Source: Aliivibrio fischeri ES114 | GTDB taxonomy: Bacteria > Pseudomonadota > Gammaproteobacteria > Enterobacterales > Vibrionaceae | Strand: one strand, 5' to 3' | Length of the DNA: 32,000 bases | Assembly (NCBI RefSeq): GCF_000011805.1 | Contig: NC_006840.2 | Shown: piece by piece, positions 27,301 through 32,000 of the stretch | How positions within the stretch are numbered: position 1 is the first letter of the stretch | Layout of the letters: each line of letters begins with the position of its first letter | The notes under the pieces: generated by a model | What the model was told of the DNA's origin: nothing | Seen by the model: the letters and a program-made list of their open reading frames with translations, nothing else | The model's database searches: none | Program-made: the position numbers and the translations under genes

Positions 27301-27450
27301 CTTGGTATGATACCTCTATTGCCTGACATATTCTTTAAGCCAATGGCGGTAACGATTATGTTCGGTTTAGGTTTTGCAACGGTTCTTACTCTAATTGTGG
27401 TTCCGGTTCTATATCGAATGTTCCACAGAATTAAAGTGGTTGAATACTAA
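24373..27450 (+). CDS. RND efflux pump inner-membrane permease (AcrB/HAE1-like)
   Basis: 1025 aa with a 12-TM layout and two large periplasmic loops. TM4 motif ALGMLVDNAIVVVEG is comparable to AcrB GLLVDDAIVVVEN. Confidence 0.92.
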   Translation: MSQEKGIAAYFIQNKVISWMLTLIFMIGGTSAFFGLGRLEDPAFTIKDAMVVTNYPGATPEQVEEEVTYPLEKAIQQLTYVDEVNSLSSRGLSQITVTMKNNYGPDDLPQIWDELRRKVNDLKRQLPPGVGEPSVIDDFGDVYGVLLAVTGKGYSYKEILDYVDYLRRELELVDGVSKVSVSGVQQEQVFIEASLKRMTSLGISPQTLYSLLSNQNTVSSAGAVKIGTEYIQIHPTGEFEDVAQLGDLIITDGGAQGLIYLKDIAEVKRGYVEVPSNIVNFNGNFALNLGVSFSAGVNVVEIGKLVDQRMAELKEQQPIGIDISEIYSQPKEVDKSVSGFVVSLGQAVAIVIIVLLFFMGVRSGLLIGLILLLTVAGTFVFMKYFAIDLQRISLGALVIALGMLVDNAIVVVEGILIGMQKGRTRLQAATDIVTQTKWPLLGATVIAVTAFAPIGLSDDATGEYCGTLFTVLLISLMLSWFTAISLTPFFASLFFKERVQSEEESLEEKDPYNGMIFVVYKRFLEFCMRYSVATMVILVVALGGSLYGFTKVKQSFFPSSTTPIFMVDVWMPEGTDIRSTNATLKELEEWILEQQHIEHVTTTAGKGLQRFMLTYAPEKSYAAYGEIMTRVDNYEALQPLMAKFRQHIEDQYPQIQYKLKQIELGPGGGAKVEARIVGADPTVLRGLAAQVIDIMHNDPGATNVRHDWRERTKVLEPQFNESQARRYGISKTDVNELLEMAFSGKAIGVYRDGTTLMPIVTRLPENERVDISTIEGMKIWSPALSQYIPLQQVVLGYDVIWEDPQIVRKNRKRMLTVMADPDILGEETAATLQKRLQTQIEAIDFPTGYSLEWGGEYESSRDAQASLFQTMPLGYLFMFLVTVFLFNSVKESVIVWLTVPLAIIGVTSGLLLLNTPFGFMALLGFLSLSGMLLKNGIVLLDQIEIEIKSGKEPYHAVVDAALSRVRPVCMAAITTILGMIPLLPDIFFKPMAVTIMFGLGFATVLTLIVVPVLYRMFHRIKVVEY

Positions 27451-27476
27451 TACTAATCGTAGTTAATAACTGATTA

Positions 27477-27513
27477 AAAGCTCATATTAGAATATCTAGT
27501 ATGGGCTTTTTTT
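27477..27513 (+). terminator. Rho-independent terminator after the RND operon
   Basis: AAAAGCTCATAT ... GTATGGGCTTTT (12-bp stem with two G-U pairs) followed by a T7 run. Confidence 0.65.
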
Positions 27514-27576
27514 GTGGTATTCTATCGCCATCAATCTGGATAAGACGAACGCAGTTCACATATTAGGAACCGTAAA

Positions 27577-27963
27577 ATGAGCCAATTAGATCAACAAGCA
27601 ATAGACAAAATCCAAAACTACAATGAAGAAGAGCGTTTTAATTACTTCATGAAAGAAGTAGTAGCAAATCGTCAAATTTGGATTTTAACCGATGAGCATG
27701 GTTGTGTAATGTTGAACACAGAAGAGGAAGATTGTGTTCCTGTATGGCCAAATCAAGAGTTTGCAGAAGCATGGTCAACGGGTGAGTGGGACGAGTGTAA
27801 AGCTGAATCTATCTCATTAAATAAATGGCATAGTCGTTGGACTAACGGTTTAGAAGACGATGAATTAGCTGTGGTTGTATTCCCAAATCAAAATGAAGAA
27901 GGGCAAGTTCTTTTCCCTGACGAGTTTGATTTTGAATTAACAAAACAAGAAAGAAAACGTTAA
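27577..27963 (+). CDS. DUF2750-like protein, function unknown
   Basis: 128-aa acidic protein. From memory, the pattern RFNYFMKEVVANRQIWILTDEHGCVML..EDCVPVWPNQEFAEAW...VVVFPNQNEEGQVLFPDEF resembles DUF2750 members. Not verified by search. Confidence 0.5.
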   Translation: MSQLDQQAIDKIQNYNEEERFNYFMKEVVANRQIWILTDEHGCVMLNTEEEDCVPVWPNQEFAEAWSTGEWDECKAESISLNKWHSRWTNGLEDDELAVVVFPNQNEEGQVLFPDEFDFELTKQERKR

Positions 27964-27973
27964 TTATTAGAAA

Positions 27974-28009
27974 TTAAAGGCGATACGGCTTATGCAATAT
28001 CGCCTTTAA
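27974..28009. terminator. Bidirectional terminator hairpin between the DUF2750-like gene and metC
   Basis: TTAAAGGCGATA (27974-27985) and TATCGCCTTTAA (27998-28009) form a perfect 12-bp stem with a 12-nt loop and A/T-rich flanks on both sides. Confidence 0.7.
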
Positions 28010-28016
28010 TTTATTG

Positions 28017-29207
28017 TTAAGCGTTTAATGCGTCTTGATAGCGGTGTAACCCTTCTTCAAGATCGTGAATCAGATCTTCAACATCTTCTAATCCAATGTG
28101 AACACGGATTAACGTTCCTTTAAAGTTTGGATTAGCTATGGTTCTTAATGCATTGAAGCTTCGAGGCTCATTGGCAAGAATAAGGCTTTCAAATCCTCCC
28201 CATGAATACCCCATACTAAAATGTGTCATACCATCTAACAGTGCTGTGGTAGCTTTAGTATCTGATTGTTTTAAAACAAAGGAAAATAAACCATTACAGC
28301 CTTTGAAATCACGTTGGTAAAACTCATGACCTGGGCAACTAGCAAGAGCAGGGTGGCGAACATGATCCACTAATGGATGTGCTTCTAACCATTTAGCGAC
28401 TTTGATGCTGCTCTTTTCATGTTGTTTTAATCGAACGCCCATGGTGCGAATACCACGCATTGCAAGATACGCATCATCAGGAGAAATACATTGCCCCATT
28501 AAATAACTTTGCTCACGCAGTTGATCCCAATGTTTTTCGTTAGCAACTGCAGTGCCTAACATCACATCCGAGTGACCAACGATGTATTTGGTTGCTGCTT
28601 GTACAGAAATATCTACACCGTGCTCAAAAGGGGCAAGATTAACACCCGCACCCCATGTATTATCGAGTATTACTGTAATATCTGTTTCGTGCGCAATACG
28701 ACTAAGGGTAGGTAAATCTTGAACTTCCATGGTGATAGAACACGGAGATTCAGTAAATAAAACCGTTGTATTTGGGCGGATAAGTTCGCGAATACCTTCA
28801 CCAATCATTGGGTCATAATAGGTGGTTTCTATCCCCATTCGTTTCAAGACGGTTTCACAATAGTCACGGGTCGGTTCATAACAACCGTCCACCATTAAAA
28901 TGTGATCACCTGTTTTAACAAAGGCTAAAATGGTATTAGCGATAGCAGCCGTACCACAAGGGTATAAAGCACAGCCTGCACCACCTTCAAGCTCAACCAT
29001 GGCATCTTGTAGAGCAAAGTGGGTTTCGGTCCCACGACGCCCATAGAAAAGCGTTTGTTTCGCACGGTTGACCATAGCGTGATTTTTTTCTGCAACCGTA
29101 TTAAACACCACTGTAGAAGCTCGTTGTACTGGTGGGTTAACTACGCCTTTTGTCCATTTTTTGCTACGACCAGCGATGACGTATTTGGTATCTAGTTTTT
29201 CTGACAT
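28017..29207 (-). CDS. metC: Cystathionine beta-lyase
   Basis: Collinear with the remembered E. coli MetC sequence (LDTKYVIAGRSKK..; FYGRRGT-TH; PLP-lysine motif ATKYIVGHSDVMLG; LIRVHIGLEDVEDLIHDLEEG). I place the start at ATG 29207 (MSEKLDTK), not at the upstream ATG 29264 used in the ORF track. Confidence 0.9.
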   Translation of the reverse strand: MSEKLDTKYVIAGRSKKWTKGVVNPPVQRASTVVFNTVAEKNHAMVNRAKQTLFYGRRGTETHFALQDAMVELEGGAGCALYPCGTAAIANTILAFVKTGDHILMVDGCYEPTRDYCETVLKRMGIETTYYDPMIGEGIRELIRPNTTVLFTESPCSITMEVQDLPTLSRIAHETDITVILDNTWGAGVNLAPFEHGVDISVQAATKYIVGHSDVMLGTAVANEKHWDQLREQSYLMGQCISPDDAYLAMRGIRTMGVRLKQHEKSSIKVAKWLEAHPLVDHVRHPALASCPGHEFYQRDFKGCNGLFSFVLKQSDTKATTALLDGMTHFSMGYSWGGFESLILANEPRSFNALRTIANPNFKGTLIRVHIGLEDVEDLIHDLEEGLHRYQDALNA

Positions 29208-29351
29208 ATGAATCCATTCAATAAAAAGTAAGCAATACACCCATAAAGCCAAAATGAGCACCAAATATCAAGGAATAAAGTGAATTGAGGTCGAATAAAT
29301 TTTTTTTGCTGCTAAAATCACATCATCGTTAATCTCAGAGTTGAATATCAA

Positions 29352-29702
29352 ATGCAACAGAATGAATTTGAAACATTAGTTAAAGAACTGTGTAAGAAAG
29401 AAAATCTACCTCAAGTGCTAGAAGCATTAAAAACGTGTGAAGACCAAGACATTGTTGAAGCAGCTCAATCGCTAGCAGGTCAGTTCCGTCTTGCAGAAGT
29501 AGAAGGTGAGCAACGTATTTATCATGTATTTACTGATGAAGACGAAAATGGTGAAGAGCAAGAGCTTGCAGAGTGGATCATGAACGAAGGTGATGATGTT
29601 ATTAAATTCATCGCTTGGTTCTTCTATGCAATGTTTGATATGAAGCAAAAAGAAACGTATCAAGCAGCGGGTAAAACTTACCAACAGCCAAAGCGTTCTT
29701 AG
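29352..29702 (+). CDS. Hypothetical small acidic protein
   Basis: 116-aa ORF, very Glu/Asp-rich (..HVFTDEDENGEEQELAEWIMNEGDD..), followed by a hairpin. I recognise no family. Confidence 0.5.
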   Translation: MQQNEFETLVKELCKKENLPQVLEALKTCEDQDIVEAAQSLAGQFRLAEVEGEQRIYHVFTDEDENGEEQELAEWIMNEGDDVIKFIAWFFYAMFDMKQKETYQAAGKTYQQPKRS

Positions 29703-29722
29703 ATCTTTATCACAAAAATCAC

Positions 29723-29749
29723 AAGCCAATAAGATGATATTATTGGCTT
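29723..29749 (+). terminator. Possible terminator hairpin after the acidic-protein gene
   Basis: AAGCCAATAA-gatgata-TTATTGGCTT (10-bp stem) followed by TATTATC, which is only a weak U-tract. Confidence 0.4.
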
Positions 29750-29943
29750 TATTATCAATAGGTTAAGTTTTAATGCGCCTTTCGTTTTTTATCTACTACT
29801 AAAGTATGACTCACTTCTCAGTTTTATTGTAACGCTCTCTTCCTTATTGCAGTTTTTGTCTTAGATCAAAAAGTTATTACCTGTATCAATGTTAAAACAT
29901 AAACAGTTCTTAAAAATTTATATAAATACTAATGGAGTTGGTT

Positions 29944-31089
29944 ATGAGTGCATTTTTTATCCCTACAGTAAACTTAATGGGTGCAGGTTGTCTTACAGAA
30001 GCGATGGACAGCATTAAATCACAAGGTTACAAAAAGGGTCTTATCGTTACTGATAACGTACTAGTTGCAATTGGTATGGTTAAACAAGTATCAGATTTAT
30101 TAGCAGAGCGCGGTGTTGAAGTTGCTGTGTTTGATGGTACGCAACCAAACCCAACAATCGGTAACGTAAATGCAGGTTTAAAAATTCTTAAAGATAATGA
30201 GTGTGACTTCGTTATCTCTTTAGGTGGTGGTTCTCCTCACGATTGTGCTAAAGGTATTGCTTTAGTTGCTGCAAATGGTGGTGAGATTGCTGATTATGAA
30301 GGTGTTGATCAGTCAGCTAAGCCACAATTGCCTCTAATTGCAATTAATACAACGGCTGGTACGGCATCTGAAATGACGCGTTTCTGTATCATTACTGATG
30401 AAGCTCGTCACATTAAGATGGCGATTGTAGATAAGCACACGACACCATTGATGTCTGTAAATGATCCTGAATTAATGCTTGCTAAACCTGCATCATTAAC
30501 AGCAGCAACAGGTATGGATGCGTTAACGCACGCTATTGAAGCATACGTATCAATTGCAGCAACACCAGTAACTGATGCTGTAGCAATTAAAGCAATGGAA
30601 CTTATCCAAGCGCATTTACGTACAGCGGTTAACGACGGTCAAAACCTAGAAGCTCGTGAGCAAATGGCTTATGCACAATTCATGGCGGGCATGGCATTTA
30701 ACAATGCGTCTTTAGGTTATGTTCACGCAATGGCACACCAACTAGGTGGTTTCTACGACCTTCCACACGGCGTATGTAATGCGATTCTTCTTCCTCACGT
30801 ACAAAGCTACAATGCTAAAGTATGTCCAGAACGTCTAAAAGACGTTGCAAAAGCAATGGGCGTAAACGTTGAAGGCATGACAAATGAAGAAGGCGCTCAA
30901 GCTGCATTAGAAGCGATTAAACAATTATCACAAGATGTTGGTATTCCTTCTGGTCTAACAGAGCTTAACGCTAAAGAAGAAGATTTTGATACGCTTGCTG
31001 AAAATGCATTAAAAGATGCATGTGGTTTTACTAACCCTAAACAAGCGACGCACGAAGAAATCGTAAGTATCTTCAAAGCAGCAATGTAA
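29944..31089 (+). CDS. yiaY: Iron-containing (group III) alcohol dehydrogenase, YiaY-like
   Basis: Near-collinear with the remembered E. coli YiaY sequence (FFIP-VN--GA; [20 protein letters not shown]; [32 protein letters not shown]; [20 protein letters not shown]). Start placed at ATG 29944 (GGAG 6 nt upstream) rather than 29932. Confidence 0.9.
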   Translation: MSAFFIPTVNLMGAGCLTEAMDSIKSQGYKKGLIVTDNVLVAIGMVKQVSDLLAERGVEVAVFDGTQPNPTIGNVNAGLKILKDNECDFVISLGGGSPHDCAKGIALVAANGGEIADYEGVDQSAKPQLPLIAINTTAGTASEMTRFCIITDEARHIKMAIVDKHTTPLMSVNDPELMLAKPASLTAATGMDALTHAIEAYVSIAATPVTDAVAIKAMELIQAHLRTAVNDGQNLEAREQMAYAQFMAGMAFNNASLGYVHAMAHQLGGFYDLPHGVCNAILLPHVQSYNAKVCPERLKDVAKAMGVNVEGMTNEEGAQAALEAIKQLSQDVGIPSGLTELNAKEEDFDTLAENALKDACGFTNPKQATHEEIVSIFKAAM

Positions 31090-31121
31090 TTATTATAGAT
31101 AAAAGTATTAATTAGTTTTAG

Positions 31122-31152
31122 AAAGGTCTAACAATAGTTAGGCCTTTTTTTT
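31122..31152 (+). terminator. Rho-independent terminator after yiaY
   Basis: AAAGGTCTAAC-aata-GTTAGGCCTTT (one G-U pair) running into a T8 tract. Confidence 0.75.
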
Positions 31153-31248
31153 GATTCTTGCTTCCACGTTAGGGTATGCTTATGATCTTTTTATCTGATT
31201 AAGTCGTAGAAGATGTGATCTTCTCATTAAAAAAGGCAGTAAATTAGC

Positions 31249-31848
31249 ATGGCAAACGTAAGAGCTCGTATAGAGTTAATGGTAGGGCAAAAAAGTAATA
31301 TCCCTGCGGAGATGCTTTCATTTGAAGGGCTAGAGACTGACAAAGAGCACGTTGCTGTTGTTTTTAATCAAGCTGATAAACATCAATCCACTCCCTTAGT
31401 ACGTATGCATTCTGAGTGTTTAACAGGGGATGTCTTTCATTCATCTCGTTGTGATTGTGGTGAACAATTAGAAGAAACTATTAATCGTATGTCTGAAAGT
31501 GGCGGTATTATTTTATACCTACGCCAAGAGGGACGCGGTATTGGTTTATATAATAAATTAGATGCTTATGAATTACAGAGCCAAGGTATGAATACCTATG
31601 AGGCAAATAATCATTTAGGATTTGGTGATGATTTACGTGACTTCAAAGAAGCGGCACAAATGCTTGAAGCACTGAATATATCTAAGATAAAGCTAGTTAC
31701 GAATAATCCAAAAAAGATTAAGGATATTCAAAACTACGGTATTGAAATTGATGAAGTTGTTAATACTCATGCCCATGTAAAACAAGGCAACGAGCATTAT
31801 TTACATTCAAAGGCCGCACACGGGCATAAGTTAAATTTTGATAAATAA
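31249..31848 (+). CDS. ribA: GTP cyclohydrolase II
   Basis: [24 protein letters not shown] (zinc-binding Cys triad), [11 protein letters not shown], and a 199-aa monofunctional size. Confidence 0.92.
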   Translation: MANVRARIELMVGQKSNIPAEMLSFEGLETDKEHVAVVFNQADKHQSTPLVRMHSECLTGDVFHSSRCDCGEQLEETINRMSESGGIILYLRQEGRGIGLYNKLDAYELQSQGMNTYEANNHLGFGDDLRDFKEAAQMLEALNISKIKLVTNNPKKIKDIQNYGIEIDEVVNTHAHVKQGNEHYLHSKAAHGHKLNFDK

Positions 31849-31871
31849 TATTGTCTTTATTATTAACTGTT

Positions 31872-31901
31872 AAAAACCTCACTTATTTGTGGGGTTTTTT
31901 T
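31872..31901 (+). terminator. Rho-independent terminator after ribA
   Basis: AAAAACCTCAC-ttattt-GTGGGGTTTTT (one G-U pair) with a T7 run. Confidence 0.75.
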
Positions 31902-31924
31902 ATGAGTTACACAAAATCGGTAAA

Positions 31925-31995
31925 ATAAATGATAAGGATTTGCATTTAGATTCAGAATGAGTATATTACGCAAATAAAAATTATTATCATTAATG
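31925..31995. promoter_or_regulatory. Two Fur-box-like sequences at the right window edge (tentative)
   Basis: By hand count, ATAAATGATAAGGATTTGC (31925-31943) matches 12/19 and AAAATTATTATCATTAATG (31977-31995) about 13/19 to the consensus GATAATGATAATCATTATC. The context is AT-rich, so the false-positive risk is high. Confidence 0.25.
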
Positions 31996-32000
31996 AATTC

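Noticed and set aside
29208-29264. 19-codon hydrophobic N-terminal extension of metC (MVLILALWVYCLLFIEWIH) in the ORF track
   Set aside because: MetC is a soluble PLP enzyme, and the alignment with E. coli MetC begins at MSEKLDTK (ATG 29207). The extension is most likely just an open upstream frame.
29208-29351. MetJ boxes (AGACGTCT repeats) or a SAM riboswitch upstream of metC
   Set aside because: I could not find tandem 8-bp met-box-like repeats or conserved riboswitch helices by eye in this AT-rich spacer.
31090-31248. FMN (RFN) riboswitch upstream of ribA
   Set aside because: The 159-nt spacer is mostly occupied by the yiaY terminator. It lacks the conserved GC-rich RFN core segments (for example the AGGGCGG, CCGAC and GGATG blocks), and nothing resembling the element is visible.
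1-32000. Window-wide scan for CRISPR arrays, tRNA/rRNA genes, IS elements, integrases, attC/integron repeats and toxin-antitoxin pairs
   Set aside because: There are no regularly spaced direct repeats, no cloverleaf-compatible GC-rich 75-90-nt segments in intergenic regions, no transposase- or recombinase-like ORFs, and no small overlapping two-gene cassettes. All sizeable ORFs are accounted for by housekeeping or transporter genes.

Overview
This 32 kb window reads as ordinary chromosomal DNA from a low-GC marine gammaproteobacterium. Gene content and synteny look Vibrionaceae-like (Aliivibrio, Vibrio or Photobacterium), but that is inference, since no search was run. About 25 intact protein genes are densely packed, and many are separated by recognisable rho-independent terminators.

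Gene order, left to right:
- a split MacB/FtsX-type ABC exporter (permease, permease, ATPase; an upstream gene runs off the left edge)
- an EEP-family nuclease/phosphatase
- sbcD-sbcC
- a hotdog acyl-CoA thioesterase
- a DUF2000-like protein
- two tandem paralogous HAAAP aromatic-amino-acid permeases (TyrP/Mtr/TnaB type)
- two tandem small lipoproteins, with a third paralog 7.5 kb away
- an isolated basic protein of unknown function
- sdaC-sdaB, nudL and pabB on the minus strand
- a class I fumarate hydratase
- an RND efflux operon with two adaptor genes plus one pump
- a DUF2750-like protein
- metC
- a small acidic hypothetical protein
- a yiaY-type iron alcohol dehydrogenase
- ribA

I found no rRNA, tRNA, CRISPR array, transposase, integrase or prophage remnant. 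I also found no convincing novel multi-gene system.

The most interesting unexplained signal is an ORF below the ORF-track size cutoff at 10762-10926. It has 54 codons and a good SD, and its last 22 codons contain 9 Phe and 2 Tyr. It sits in the 495-nt leader upstream of the tandem aromatic-amino-acid permeases. Its 3' end is complementary to the SD region of the first permease gene. This makes it a candidate aromatic-amino-acid-sensing leader peptide.

Secondary observations:
- a G8 homopolymer just inside the ABC ATPase gene
- a three-member family of Cys-containing small lipoproteins
- a perfect 15-bp palindrome
- an SD-occluding hairpin
- Fur-box-like sequences at the right edge

All product calls rest on motifs I recognise in the supplied translations and on remembered homologs. 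No alignments or folding calculations were run.
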